Under the pieces are notes generated by a model, which worked only from the letters and a program-made list of their open reading frames with translations, searched no databases and was not told where the DNA came from. Shown here piece after piece: positions 27,513 through 38,459 of a stretch of DNA of 42,862 nt (the stretch's first letter is position 1; each line of letters begins with the position of its first letter). The translations under genes were made by a program, and so were the position numbers. The DNA is taken from sequence record SRR31156797_124; one strand, given 5' to 3'.

Positions 27513-29429
27513 ATGCTTGGAATACTTATCTATTTAATATACATAATCTTAGGATTGTATATTACTGCGATATTGTTAAATAAACTAAGTACCATAAGTA
27601 AGTGTTCAATAGGTCTTGGCTTTGGTATAGTGCTAAGTATGTGGATGCCTACAATAGGAGCTGTGATAACTGGTGAATTTAATATTACAGCAAATATTAT
27701 AGCTATAGTAATTGCTTTACTAATTGCAGTAGGAACATCTATATATAAACAAAAACGAAATATCAGATTAGTTAATGCTATAAGAGAAATAAATTTTAAG
27801 AATACACTTATATTAATAGCAATTGTTATTCCATTTATTATTCTGATTTTTATATTATTAGATGGACATGTGTTAAATGAAGTAGATGGAGCTTTTTATG
27901 GCGGTCAATCTACATACGGTGATTTACCAATGCACCTTGGAATGATTACTTCTATATTTACTCAGGGGAAGTTTCCACCTGATTATAGTATTTTACCAGG
28001 AAGCAGATTATGCTATCCCTTCCTTGTAAATCTACAGTCAGCAAGTATGTGTATTTTTGGTACTGCCTTGCGCACCAGTGTGATTATTCCATCACTTGTA
28101 ATGTCACTATCTTGTTTTATAGGTATTTTTTCATTAGCAAAATCATTTGCGAAGAGAAACAGCACAGCAGTACTTACTGTGTGTTTGTTTTTCATAACCG
28201 GTGGACTAGGATTTATATATTTTTTAGACAGCAAAGAAGCCTTTATGGCGATTTTTACTGAATTCTATCAGACACCTACTAATAATACGGAGTATAATCT
28301 GCGGTGGGTAAATATAATCTGTGATATGATGATACCTCAGAGAACTTTTTTGGCAGGGCTGAGTGTAGTAGCGCCATGTATTTTGCTGCTTAAAGAAGCG
28401 ATAGACAGAAATATCAAATGGTTTATGCTGTTTGCAGGAATTATAGCTAGCTCACTGCCAATGATACATACTCATTCGTTTCTTGGGCTGGGTATACTTT
28501 GCGCAGGACTATTAGTATTTGACCTTGTGAATAGAGACAAGACATTAGGTGATGCTTTAGTAAATTGGGGAATATTTTTAATTCCCGTGGTAGTGTTTGC
28601 ACTGCCGCAATTAATTGTGTGGGTATTTACACAGACAGAAGGGTTTCTTCGGGTTAGTTTTGATTGGGTGAACGAAGATAATAATTTTCTTTGGTTTTGG
28701 ATTAAGAATATTGGAGTGGTATTTCTTCTAATTATTCCTGCGCTAATTCATGCAAAAAAGGATATGAGGAGTTGGTTTGTATCTGCTACAATAATTTATA
28801 TTCTCGCCGAGATTATTGTATTCCAGCCCAATATTTACGATAATAATAAGCTGATGATTATCTGGTATATTTTTGTCTGCATTATAACTGCTGATTATTT
28901 GGTGTATTTATTCAGAGCCTCGGCTAATATAACAGGCAGAATATTTTTTAGTATAATAATATTAGTGTTATTGTTTTTATCAGGCACTCTGACAATTATG
29001 AGGGAAGTGAATTCCAACGGACAGTATATGCACTTCAAAGATAGTCAGGTAGAGACAGCTGAGGTAATAGATAATAGTACTGATGCTGATGCGTTATTTT
29101 TAACTGGGCGACAGCATGTAAATGAGATTTCAGCATTAGCTGGAAGAAATATATATGCTGGTTCTACATTGTACTTGTATTTCCATGGTTTAGATTATGA
29201 TGAACGATATTACAAAATGGAAAATATCTATGAAGATGCTGAGTATGCAAGAGAAATACTTACCGAAGAGGGAATAGATTATATTTATATATCCAGTTAT
29301 GAATGGAATGATTTTGATATTGATGTATCATTGTATGAGTATTACCCTTTAGTTTACAGAAATGGTGAGATATCTATTTTGGCAGTTTCAGATAGAGCAA
29401 TTGAAAAAGGAATGCTGGCAGAGTATTAA
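27513..29429 (+). CDS. Polytopic membrane protein, probable GT-C-fold glycosyltransferase
   Basis: Many TM segments; early external loop STYGDLPMH; YPFL, PQR and HTHS motifs; soluble C-terminal domain ending GIDYIY. The family is inferred. Confidence 0.7.
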   Translation: MLGILIYLIYIILGLYITAILLNKLSTISKCSIGLGFGIVLSMWMPTIGAVITGEFNITANIIAIVIALLIAVGTSIYKQKRNIRLVNAIREINFKNTLILIAIVIPFIILIFILLDGHVLNEVDGAFYGGQSTYGDLPMHLGMITSIFTQGKFPPDYSILPGSRLCYPFLVNLQSASMCIFGTALRTSVIIPSLVMSLSCFIGIFSLAKSFAKRNSTAVLTVCLFFITGGLGFIYFLDSKEAFMAIFTEFYQTPTNNTEYNLRWVNIICDMMIPQRTFLAGLSVVAPCILLLKEAIDRNIKWFMLFAGIIASSLPMIHTHSFLGLGILCAGLLVFDLVNRDKTLGDALVNWGIFLIPVVVFALPQLIVWVFTQTEGFLRVSFDWVNEDNNFLWFWIKNIGVVFLLIIPALIHAKKDMRSWFVSATIIYILAEIIVFQPNIYDNNKLMIIWYIFVCIITADYLVYLFRASANITGRIFFSIIILVLLFLSGTLTIMREVNSNGQYMHFKDSQVETAEVIDNSTDADALFLTGRQHVNEISALAGRNIYAGSTLYLYFHGLDYDERYYKMENIYEDAEYAREILTEEGIDYIYISSYEWNDFDIDVSLYEYYPLVYRNGEISILAVSDRAIEKGMLAEY

Positions 29430-29442
29430 GGAGAGAAAGTAA

Positions 29443-30627
29443 ATGAAAAAGATATTCAAAAACAAAAAGTACACTGAGATTGCAATATACGTAATCGTGA
29501 CTGCGTTTTTACTGATGGTTTTGTGGCGTTTGGTAAATTCTACAGAGAACCTTTGGAATACTCTTTCGTCCGCTCTTAGCTTCCTTACAAAGTCGTTCAG
29601 CACAGTATTAGGGGGATTAATATTAGGATATATTCTGACACCTGCTGCTGAGAATATTGAGAAGCTAATGCTAAAAATATTCAAGAAAAAAAGAAGCGTA
29701 AGAGCCAAGGAAAGACTATATAGCATTTCTGTTTTTATTGTATTTATAATATTGATTTTGTTAATTGTATTGCTAATAACATTTGTAGTACCACCGCTTG
29801 TTGACAATATTGTTCAGCTTGGGGAAGCTGCACCTGAATATGTAGAAGATATTTTGGATTGGTATAATGAAAGCCTTAAGGATTCTGAGCTATTCACATC
29901 CGAGTATACTACAGATATAATGAACAGTTCTGAGGATACTTTTACAAACAGAATAAACGAGATTGTACTAAGTGTAGTTACAAGCGTTGCAAAAGTATTA
30001 TGGTATACAGTCAGATCTGTCTTTAACATTATGCTTGCATTATTTATTGCAATTTATTATTTGCTTATCCAACGTAAATTAGTACGCAATACAATGGAGC
30101 TTACAAGGCTTAAATGGGGAACTGAAAGAGCTAATAGCGTAATAAATGTAATAAAAGAAATAGATAAAGTATTTGGTAAGTATATATCTGCTAAATTAGT
30201 TCAGGCATTTATTATATTCTGTACAGCACAGATAATCTTTATTATCTTGGATGTACCCTTATCCACTTTGCTTGCTGTAATCCTTGCAATCTGCAATATT
30301 GTTCCATATATAGGTGCAATAATAGGTATAATACCGCCTATTGTATTGTCGTTAATTGATGATCCTACTAAAGGACTATGGGTGGTGATAGCGATGTTGA
30401 TACTTCAGCTTGCAGACGGAAATGTGCTGCAGCCGGTATTAATCGGTGATAAACTTGATCTTAAGCCATTCTGGGTAATTGTAGTAGTTATACTTGGAGG
30501 TAATTGGTTTGGATTGACAGGGATATTGTTATCTGTTCCTGTGGCAGCTGTAATCAGTATATTTATAAAAAAGTATATAAAAAAACAAAAGAGAAAATCA
30601 TTGAATAATCAAACAGCAGATTCTTAG
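29443..30627 (+). CDS. AI-2E (PerM) family transporter
   Basis: GYILTP, VVPPL, FGKYI, NIVPYIG, QLADGNVLQP and GLTGILLSVP motifs. Confidence 0.9.
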   Translation: MKKIFKNKKYTEIAIYVIVTAFLLMVLWRLVNSTENLWNTLSSALSFLTKSFSTVLGGLILGYILTPAAENIEKLMLKIFKKKRSVRAKERLYSISVFIVFIILILLIVLLITFVVPPLVDNIVQLGEAAPEYVEDILDWYNESLKDSELFTSEYTTDIMNSSEDTFTNRINEIVLSVVTSVAKVLWYTVRSVFNIMLALFIAIYYLLIQRKLVRNTMELTRLKWGTERANSVINVIKEIDKVFGKYISAKLVQAFIIFCTAQIIFIILDVPLSTLLAVILAICNIVPYIGAIIGIIPPIVLSLIDDPTKGLWVVIAMLILQLADGNVLQPVLIGDKLDLKPFWVIVVVILGGNWFGLTGILLSVPVAAVISIFIKKYIKKQKRKSLNNQTADS

Positions 30628-30628
30628 C

Positions 30629-30904
30629 TTAGCCTCTTCTATGAGAGAAGCTATCCCTTATTCTAGATATATATTTCATTATGATAATCTGCTGTTCTGG
30701 ACGAATCCAAAAGAATGCCAGATCAATTGCTGTTGCAATAATAATAATTATAATTGCCCATGCAAACAGATTGGAAGCCTGAGATTTGAATGAATTTGTA
30801 TTGTACATTTCTATAACCTTATTAATCCATTCACCAATTTTATCTGGTGAATAGAATCTGCTAACAAATTTAACAAAACCAAAATTATATAAATTGTCCA
30901 TCAA
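30629..30904 (-). CDS. Small single-TM hypothetical protein
   Basis: GGAGGA RBS; WAIIIIIIATAIDLAFFW segment. Confidence 0.65.
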   Translation of the reverse strand: MMDNLYNFGFVKFVSRFYSPDKIGEWINKVIEMYNTNSFKSQASNLFAWAIIIIIIATAIDLAFFWIRPEQQIIIMKYISRIRDSFSHRRG

Positions 30905-31013
30905 ATCCTCCCAAAAGAACTATCGAGGTATATTTTACTTGACATTTATAAAAAATGCAAATGCAAAATGTATATTCTTAAATATATGAATTCAAAATTA
31001 TTGTAATTCCTGA

Positions 31014-32552
31014 TTATTCGATATTATTCATCAAAGCATCAGCGCATTTTATACCATCAATAGCAGCAGACATTATCCCCCCTGCATAGCCAGCACCCTC
31101 TCCGCAGGGATAGAGACCTTTAAGTGAAACGGACTGGAGTGATTTATCCCTAACTATGCGTACAGGCGAGCTGGTTCTGCTCTCAATAGCTGTCAGTACG
31201 GCTGAATTCATAGAATAGCCGTCTATTATCTTGTCCCAGTAGCTGATGGCAGATTTTACTGCATTTGAGATACTGTTGCCAAGTATTACATTAAGGTCAG
31301 CCATACATGTACCTGGCTTAATAGATGGTTTCACTTCAGCAAACCCCTTTGTAATATCTCCGCTTACGAAATCTCCGAATGCCTGAACTGGAGCAAGATA
31401 ATTATTACCACCTGTCTCATAACAGATTTTTTCGAACTTTCGCTGATAGTCTATACCATACAAAACATTATTATCCCAAAGATTTGGATTTACCTGACAT
31501 ACAATAGCAGCATTGGAGTTTGCTCCGGCTCTTGCATTATATGACATACCATTAATGCATAATGCACCATTCTCTGTAGATGAATTCACTACTTCGCCTC
31601 CGGGGCACATACAGAAGCTGTATACATTCTGTCCAGCAAATTTTCCTTTTAGATTGTAGTATGCTGCACCAAGTCTAGGATGATTGCTGTACTTGCCGTA
31701 CATACCATTGTCGATCACATATCTGGGATGTTCGATTCTGACACCTAGAGCAAACCCTTTCGCTTCGGTTAATATTCCGCTATTAATGATATTTTCGTAT
31801 GTATCTCTTGCTGAGTGTCCGATTGCTAAAATTACCTGATTAGTTTTTATCTCTCTTTTATTTGTAAGTATACCTTTGACTGCATGGTTTTCGATTATGA
31901 TATCAGTCATTTGTTCTTCAAAATGAATAGATCCGCCTTCTTGGATTATTTCATTACGAAGATTAATGAGAATATTGGACAATACATCTGTTCCAATATG
32001 AGGTTTTGCATCTAATAGGATATCCTTACTAGCACCGAACTTCACAAATTCGTTAATAATATATTTTGAACGTACGTCATTATTTCTGGTAACTAATTTA
32101 CCATCAGAATATGTACCAGCTCCGCCTTCGCCAAAGCAGATATTTGAATTTGTATTTAGTATGGATTTGCTTTGGAAAATCTCAATGTCCTTTTTTCGTT
32201 CATCAATTGGTTTTCCACGCTCAATAATAACAGGAGCACATCCGCAGCTTGCAAGAATCAAACCAGCAAATAATCCTGCAGGACCTGCTCCAATAATAAC
32301 TGGTGGGGTTTTAAGTGAAAATTTTTTATCAGGAAGTATGAAAGTGTGTAATTCTGGAGTGTCTTCTTCACCATCAATCCTAGCATTTACACTTAATGAA
32401 AACCGGACATTGCTATATCGTGCATCAATAGAACGCCTGATAATGTCGATATCTGATATCCTGTGCTTAGAAACTTTTAGTTTCTTTGAAACTGATTCCT
32501 TTATTTCATTAGTATCGTAATCAATGCTTACTTTTATATCATTAACTATCAA
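31014..32552 (-). CDS. NAD(P)/FAD-dependent oxidoreductase (COG2509-like)
   Basis: IIGAGPAG, FGEGGAGTYSDGKL, KPHIGTD, AIGHSARD, FCMCPGG, ESRTSSPVRI and PCGEGAGYAGGI motifs; TTG start abuts the cdaR stop. Confidence 0.92.
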   Translation of the reverse strand: MIVNDIKVSIDYDTNEIKESVSKKLKVSKHRISDIDIIRRSIDARYSNVRFSLSVNARIDGEEDTPELHTFILPDKKFSLKTPPVIIGAGPAGLFAGLILASCGCAPVIIERGKPIDERKKDIEIFQSKSILNTNSNICFGEGGAGTYSDGKLVTRNNDVRSKYIINEFVKFGASKDILLDAKPHIGTDVLSNILINLRNEIIQEGGSIHFEEQMTDIIIENHAVKGILTNKREIKTNQVILAIGHSARDTYENIINSGILTEAKGFALGVRIEHPRYVIDNGMYGKYSNHPRLGAAYYNLKGKFAGQNVYSFCMCPGGEVVNSSTENGALCINGMSYNARAGANSNAAIVCQVNPNLWDNNVLYGIDYQRKFEKICYETGGNNYLAPVQAFGDFVSGDITKGFAEVKPSIKPGTCMADLNVILGNSISNAVKSAISYWDKIIDGYSMNSAVLTAIESRTSSPVRIVRDKSLQSVSLKGLYPCGEGAGYAGGIMSAAIDGIKCADALMNNIE

Positions 32553-33824
32553 TTATTCCACCAAAACCACCTTAGCGGTATCATTCTCCACTACGATATC
32601 GGTAGCTCGAAATTCTTCTGGTATTTCACATTGTATTACCAATTCATGCTCACCGGCTGAGAGCTCAGATAAATCTATATATGGTTTAACATGAGACGCT
32701 GTCAAAGTTGATACTGTATTTGACGGAACTAGTAGCTCAACAGTACGCACTTCGTCAAAGTCCTCTGCGCTTAATCCGGCAGGCATATTACGAAGTTCTA
32801 CAGGCAAATCCTCGAATGTAGTCTTTTGTATAATTTCGCTAATTCGTATTATAAGGCTGACTTTGGAAGTCGAAGATGAATGAAGCGTAATACCTTCAGG
32901 AATTAAAAGCTGGATGGTAGCATAAACATCTTCAGTTTTTCCTGCAATATCTATGACCTCACTTGGCAGAGATGTAAGACCTTCCAGTCTTTCTGCCGTA
33001 CCTGTAATCTCAACTGTTTCTGGGTAGATTTCAATATCCTCAACCTGATATCCGTCTGGTAATTTATCCATACCAGATATACAATTTTCAGCTATAATTT
33101 TTATTTGCTTAAGAGGGTAGATTGACATTTCAAACATAGCAGAATCAACGCTCATTGAAATAGTATCTGTATCAATGAATTCTTTGTCCTCATCCACTAG
33201 TGACAATCCAATTGGCAATGATATGGAGGATGTTCTATCGTTTAAATCAATGCTTACTGTTGCAGCACTTACTTGATCTATCATAGTGCTAGGTCCTGCA
33301 ATCTGAAGGGTATTTGGCTCATATGTCATTTCGCCTGCCCAATAACCTTCTGGTAATTCTCCTTCTAAAGTATATTCTATCGGTATTATTTTTGTCTCTA
33401 GATTATCTACATTAATTGTAAATGATTCTGGTACTATTCGTTCTATAGTACCTTTATTAGAATATGCTGTTACCTTTACAATCTGTTCGCCAGTACTGGT
33501 GATTTTTGATAAATCAAGAGTAACCTGTACATCTTCCTGATCAAAGGTTTCTGATTTTGATCTGTTCATCTTTACCGTAACCCGAACTGACTGCTGATAC
33601 TCTTCTGGTTCATTTGTAATAACAAGATCGTTGGAATGAAGCTGATCAGTTCCAATGACTGTTACTGGTATAGGGTCAGTTGTTCTGGATACCAAAGGAT
33701 CAGTGCCTGCAATCACACTATTCCAAAAAATAACTGCTAATAACAGAGCAACTAGCTTCAGCTTCCAATTGTTTAATAATCTATGCCAAAATTTTAATAA
33801 AATCTCTTTAATCTTTCGCATCAT
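32553..33824 (-). CDS. cdaR: CdaR (YbbR-repeat) regulator of diadenylate cyclase
   Basis: NWKLKLVALLLAVIFW anchor, repeated YbbR-like units (EPNTLQIAGP, YPETVEITG); directly downstream of cdaA. Confidence 0.9.
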   Translation of the reverse strand: MMRKIKEILLKFWHRLLNNWKLKLVALLLAVIFWNSVIAGTDPLVSRTTDPIPVTVIGTDQLHSNDLVITNEPEEYQQSVRVTVKMNRSKSETFDQEDVQVTLDLSKITSTGEQIVKVTAYSNKGTIERIVPESFTINVDNLETKIIPIEYTLEGELPEGYWAGEMTYEPNTLQIAGPSTMIDQVSAATVSIDLNDRTSSISLPIGLSLVDEDKEFIDTDTISMSVDSAMFEMSIYPLKQIKIIAENCISGMDKLPDGYQVEDIEIYPETVEITGTAERLEGLTSLPSEVIDIAGKTEDVYATIQLLIPEGITLHSSSTSKVSLIIRISEIIQKTTFEDLPVELRNMPAGLSAEDFDEVRTVELLVPSNTVSTLTASHVKPYIDLSELSAGEHELVIQCEIPEEFRATDIVVENDTAKVVLVE

Positions 33825-34665
33825 TTGCTCCTCTAAACAACCTGCCTAATAAGTTCATCAAAGCTTCTTCTTCTACTGTAATAATTTCTTCTAAATAGCT
33901 TCTCATGCTATTACCATCCAGATAACGAATCAATTTGCCTGCTTTTGCACACGATACAATACCAGTTTCTTCTGAGACAATAAGTACCAGAGAGTCAGTT
34001 TTTTCTGACATTCCAATTGCGGCTCTATGTCTTGTGCCAACTTCCTGTGCTAAATATGGATTTGCTGTCATAGGAAGAAAACATCCGGCAGCAACTATAA
34101 TATCGTCATTAATGATTACTGCTCCATCGTGCAGAGGTGTATTTGGAGTAAAAATATTCTCAATTAGCTCGCTGCTTACTTTTGCATACAATTGCGTTCC
34201 GCTCTCTACTATATCACCTAAAGGTTCTTTATTCTGAATAACAATTAAAGCTCCAGTATGCTGACCTGACATACGTTGGATAGCTCTTATTATTTCATCA
34301 ATTACTGTTTTTTCCTCAGCTTCTTCATCACTATCGTGTGTACCTGTTGAGGATACGAATATTTTACCGCGTCCAATTCTTTCCAGTGCTCTACGCAGTT
34401 CAGGCTGGAATAAGATTACAAGGACTATAGCTCCTGCGTCAATTATATAGTTTGACAACCATGCGAGAGTTGATAGCTTCAGCCAAGTACTGATTTGTCC
34501 CATAACTATAATAAGCGCAAATCCTTTTAGTACTTGTGTAGCTCTGGTTTGGCGTGTCAATTTTATTAATTGATATATCAAGAAAGCAACTATCAATACA
34601 TCAATAGCATCTAGGATAGTTACCTGAGATGTTATATCTTTTAACCATAATAATATACTTGACAT
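33808..34665 (-). CDS. cdaA: Diadenylate cyclase CdaA (DacA)
   Basis: Three TM helices, ILFQPELRRAL, catalytic LHDGAV and GTRHRAA, VSEETG. Confidence 0.96.
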   Translation of the reverse strand: MSSILLWLKDITSQVTILDAIDVLIVAFLIYQLIKLTRQTRATQVLKGFALIIVMGQISTWLKLSTLAWLSNYIIDAGAIVLVILFQPELRRALERIGRGKIFVSSTGTHDSDEEAEEKTVIDEIIRAIQRMSGQHTGALIVIQNKEPLGDIVESGTQLYAKVSSELIENIFTPNTPLHDGAVIINDDIIVAAGCFLPMTANPYLAQEVGTRHRAAIGMSEKTDSLVLIVSEETGIVSCAKAGKLIRYLDGNSMRSYLEEIITVEEEALMNLLGRLFRGANDAKD

Positions 34666-34681
34666 TGTTCCCCCAATTTTG

Positions 34682-35815
34682 TTATTTATATTCTAGCATA
34701 AGCATTGCTACGTCGTCATCCAGCTTCTTGTTGCTGACATTTGACATTATATCACTCCATATATTGGTAAGGCAGTTGTCAAACGAGTCATTTATTAAGT
34801 GTTCCATAGCAATATCTTCGGCTGCATTTATGCCACCGTAAATATTTGCTTTATTGTCTGTATTTCTAAATGCATCACTTAAACCATCAGTAAACACAAG
34901 AATTCTCGAATTCTTCAACAGATTAACTGATTGGTTTCTGAACTCTGGCTTTTCTGTCCATCTGCAGATTGGCGTTCCTAAAGCTTCTAGGTGTTTCAGT
35001 CCGTTTTTGTCAGATAGTATGGGTGGTGATATATGACCCGCATTACAGTACTCCAGCTTTCCGCTTGAGGTGTCCAAAATACCTACCCAAGCAGTAATGT
35101 ACATATATTCTTCAAGGTTCAGGCTAGTAAATCTCCGCCAGATTTGATGAAGCAGTTTATTAGGAGGTATGGATTTTGCTCTATTATGCATAATCTGCGT
35201 AACAGCCTGTACGAAGAAAACTGTCAGCATAGCTGCACCAACGCCGTGACCTGATACATCTGCCATATAAAATAGTATACGGTTTTCGTTAATTTTGAAT
35301 ACATCGTAGAAGTCTCCGCCAACACTTTCACATGGTTTATAAAGACCATTGATTTTCAGATTTTTTATGTTTGGGAACTCATCTTTTAGCATGGAACGCT
35401 GTAGAGAACTAGCTATACGCAAGTCATTTCTCAGTGAATCGTTCTGCTTTTGGAGCTTATTTTTAAGGTGATACTCGCCGGTTATATCTTTCCAAATCTG
35501 ACTGATATATCTGCAGTTGCCGTTATTGTCAATCATTGGATTTATGCTGATTTCATAGATTCTGCCGTTTCTGGTATTCTCAATATTGGCATCCTTTGAA
35601 TTTTTTATATAAAAGCATCTGTCGCAATTGGCATATTCACATTCTTCAAATGGACAGTTGTCACCTACTTGTGCTCCTGTTACTCTGGTTAATGACGAAT
35701 TGGCAAGAATAATTCTGGAATCAAGACCAACTACACATACCAGTTCTGTCATGGAATTAACTACTTTTTCAAAAGTAGGGACATATACATTTCTGTTGCG
35801 ATTTTTCTTACTCAT
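34682..35815 (-). CDS. PAS-domain SpoIIE/RsbU-type PP2C phosphatase
   Basis: PAS-like N-terminus, coiled coil, VGGDFYD, ADVSGHGV, NAGH, FTDGL and DDVAML motifs. Confidence 0.9.
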   Translation of the reverse strand: MSKKNRNRNVYVPTFEKVVNSMTELVCVVGLDSRIILANSSLTRVTGAQVGDNCPFEECEYANCDRCFYIKNSKDANIENTRNGRIYEISINPMIDNNGNCRYISQIWKDITGEYHLKNKLQKQNDSLRNDLRIASSLQRSMLKDEFPNIKNLKINGLYKPCESVGGDFYDVFKINENRILFYMADVSGHGVGAAMLTVFFVQAVTQIMHNRAKSIPPNKLLHQIWRRFTSLNLEEYMYITAWVGILDTSSGKLEYCNAGHISPPILSDKNGLKHLEALGTPICRWTEKPEFRNQSVNLLKNSRILVFTDGLSDAFRNTDNKANIYGGINAAEDIAMEHLINDSFDNCLTNIWSDIMSNVSNKKLDDDVAMLMLEYK

Positions 35816-35842
35816 AGAGTAATATCTCCAATTAATTACTAG

Positions 35843-36160
35843 CTATATGTTTTCAAGTATAGATAGTTTTTTTTCTAATAGCTCAATAATTATAATCAAA
35901 TTATTATACTCGTTTATCATATTATCTACTTTTTTTGATTTAAGATGCATAAGCTCATTATCTTTGTATTGAGCTAAATCTTGCCTAATGTTGCATCGAT
36001 ACAAATCAGATAATTCAGATGTATTTTCTTCTATCATATCATTTAGATTACTTACGTCTTTGTATAGACAATCTAGAATTTCACGTATCTCGTTAACATT
36101 GTTAGAAGCTGTACTTGTATGTAGCGCATCCTCAATCTTATTGCTGATAGTTCTAGTCAT
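35843..36160 (-). CDS. Hypothetical helical/coiled-coil protein
   Basis: GGAGA RBS; co-oriented, 27 bp upstream of the PP2C gene. Confidence 0.6.
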   Translation of the reverse strand: MTRTISNKIEDALHTSTASNNVNEIREILDCLYKDVSNLNDMIEENTSELSDLYRCNIRQDLAQYKDNELMHLKSKKVDNMINEYNNLIIIIELLEKKLSILENI

Positions 36161-36493
36161 ATTATCTCCATGCTATCTATGTATCATATCTATTAATAAT
36201 ACACTCAAAACGTAGTATTGTAAAGCAACAAAGGTATTTAGATGCAGCTGTTCAAATAAAAATTTCAGCAAAGATATTTATTAATTGAAATGTTGTAAAA
36301 TGGAGTTTATATCATATGAAATCGTTTTATTTGATGCTTTAATGAAGATAATAATGAAAAATCATTGATTTAACCACTAAAAAATAAATCAATAACTTGC
36401 AATATATTTAGAATTGATATAGTATAATGATGTAATGAATCACACTAAGTGTATTATAACACGTAATACATAAGAAAAAGGTAGATTATTATT

Positions 36494-37222
36494 ATGCTGA
36501 TATATGGACATAGAGGAGCCAGCTCTACTGCACCGGAAAATACAATGGCTGCTTTTGAGCAGGCGAAACTACAGGGCGCAGATGGTATTGAGCTTGATGT
36601 AATGTTAACCAAGGATAATAAGCTGATTGTACTGCATGATGACACTATTGATAGAACCAGCAATGGCAGCGGCAATGCAGGAGATATGGATTATAACGAA
36701 TTAAAGAAATATGATTTTGGCAATTGGTTCGATATAAAGTATAAAAGAGAGCGAATCCCTTTATTTGAAGATGTAGCAAATTTAATTAAAAAAAATGATT
36801 TATTGGTAAATATTGAGATTAAACCATCACTTAAATCTGATATTATTGAGGATGAAGTAATAAGAATTTGCAAAAAATATGATATAGTAGAGCAGAGTGT
36901 AGTATCATCCTTTAATCATTTTGCCATGCTTAGATTAAAGAATAAGCTGCCTGAACTGGAAACAGCTGTATTATATAGCTGCGGGATAGTGAATCCGGGT
37001 AGATATGCAAAGGAGCATGTTAAGGCAGATGGAATTCATCCTTATTATCAGGCTCTAATCCCGGAAACAATAATAAATGCAAGAGAAAATGGAATAAAAG
37101 TACGCACGTGGACAGTAGATGATGAAAATCTGTTTAAGCATATTATTAGTGCTTGTGGAATAGAAGCAATCATAACAAATAATCCACTAAAAATGAGAAA
37201 TGTACTAAAAAATATTTCTTAA
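36494..37222 (+). CDS. glpQ: Cytoplasmic glycerophosphodiester phosphodiesterase
   Basis: GHRG, PENT, IELDV, HDDTIDRT, NIEIK, SSFNH, WTVD and IITN motifs; no signal peptide. Confidence 0.9.
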   Translation: MLIYGHRGASSTAPENTMAAFEQAKLQGADGIELDVMLTKDNKLIVLHDDTIDRTSNGSGNAGDMDYNELKKYDFGNWFDIKYKRERIPLFEDVANLIKKNDLLVNIEIKPSLKSDIIEDEVIRICKKYDIVEQSVVSSFNHFAMLRLKNKLPELETAVLYSCGIVNPGRYAKEHVKADGIHPYYQALIPETIINARENGIKVRTWTVDDENLFKHIISACGIEAIITNNPLKMRNVLKNIS

Positions 37223-37386
37223 AATGCCAGTAATAATTATGTCGTAGTATAGATATTGGGATGGCAATATATCGATATGATTGACATATGAATTTAGCTG
37301 GTTTAACATTAGTAACGTTATAGAAACTACATTTGAATAGATTGAACCTAGTTATTAATAATCAGATGTTAGAAAGGCAAATAGAT

Positions 37387-38457
37387 ATGAGAAGAGCAGA
37401 TGACGCTAAGTTTACGAAAACGACAAATTTAATAATAGCAATTACGCTAACTTTGGTAGCTGTATTGGTAGTTGTACTATTTTACGGATTTTTAGTCAGT
37501 AAAGATTATATTGATCCAATTTCCGTAGGTACGAATAAGGAAATTGAAAGTACACCACAAGTTATTATTGATAATACCAATAATATTAGTACTACAGCCT
37601 CACCGACTGTGGAGGTATCTCAGACTGCTACACCTGAAACAGAAGAATGTAATGTAATAAATATTGCTGTGTTTGGTATGGATAATAGATATAAGAAAAC
37701 AATTGTAGGTGGTAGAAGCGATGTAAACATAATACTTACCATTGATAAAACCAACAAATCAATACGTATTACCTCATTTATGCGTGATTTACTGGTTTAT
37801 TTACCATCCAAAAGTGATTACAATAGAATTAATGCAGCAATAGTATATGAAGATGATGGACCTGCAGGAGCTGTAAAAGTAATTGAAAATGAATTTGGTA
37901 TTGAGATAGATCATTATATAGTAACGAGCTTTGCAGGAATGGCAAAAATAATAGATACTATTGGCGGTATAGACCTAGATTTGACATGGAACAATATTTG
38001 GGAAATGAATGGTTTAATACAGGAAATGAATCCTCTCTTCGGAAACAGAACGAACAGTAATATGCTGAGTTCACCTGGAAATGTTCATGTAAATGGCATT
38101 CAAGCAGTAGCATATGCAAGGATACGACATGCTGATGGTGGATTTGCAAGAGACAGTAAACAAAAAGAAGTACTGTATGCTGCTAAGGAACAATTAAAGG
38201 ATATATCATTATCTCAGCTAAATCAGCTTCTGGAAGATGTAAGTGATTATGTTGAGATGGATATGAATTTTATAGAATTCACAGAGGTTGCAGCCAGTTT
38301 ATATCAATATAAAGATGGTGGCTATAGTACGCTGAGAATACCGATTGACGGCTATTACAGTGAAACTAGATATGAAGGAATGTCTGTATTAAAATATGAT
38401 AATGAATATACTAGAGATGTTCTTTATAAATACATTTATTTCAATATAGAACCTTAG
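37387..38457 (+). CDS. LytR-CpsA-Psr (LCP) family glycopolymer transferase
   Basis: N-terminal TM, T/P linker, GRSD, SFMRD, RINAA, IDTIGGI, AYARIR and ARDSKQ motifs. Start ATG 37387 after AGAAAGG (track start 37333). Confidence 0.92.
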   Translation: MRRADDAKFTKTTNLIIAITLTLVAVLVVVLFYGFLVSKDYIDPISVGTNKEIESTPQVIIDNTNNISTTASPTVEVSQTATPETEECNVINIAVFGMDNRYKKTIVGGRSDVNIILTIDKTNKSIRITSFMRDLLVYLPSKSDYNRINAAIVYEDDGPAGAVKVIENEFGIEIDHYIVTSFAGMAKIIDTIGGIDLDLTWNNIWEMNGLIQEMNPLFGNRTNSNMLSSPGNVHVNGIQAVAYARIRHADGGFARDSKQKEVLYAAKEQLKDISLSQLNQLLEDVSDYVEMDMNFIEFTEVAASLYQYKDGGYSTLRIPIDGYYSETRYEGMSVLKYDNEYTRDVLYKYIYFNIEP

Positions 38458-38459
38458 TA

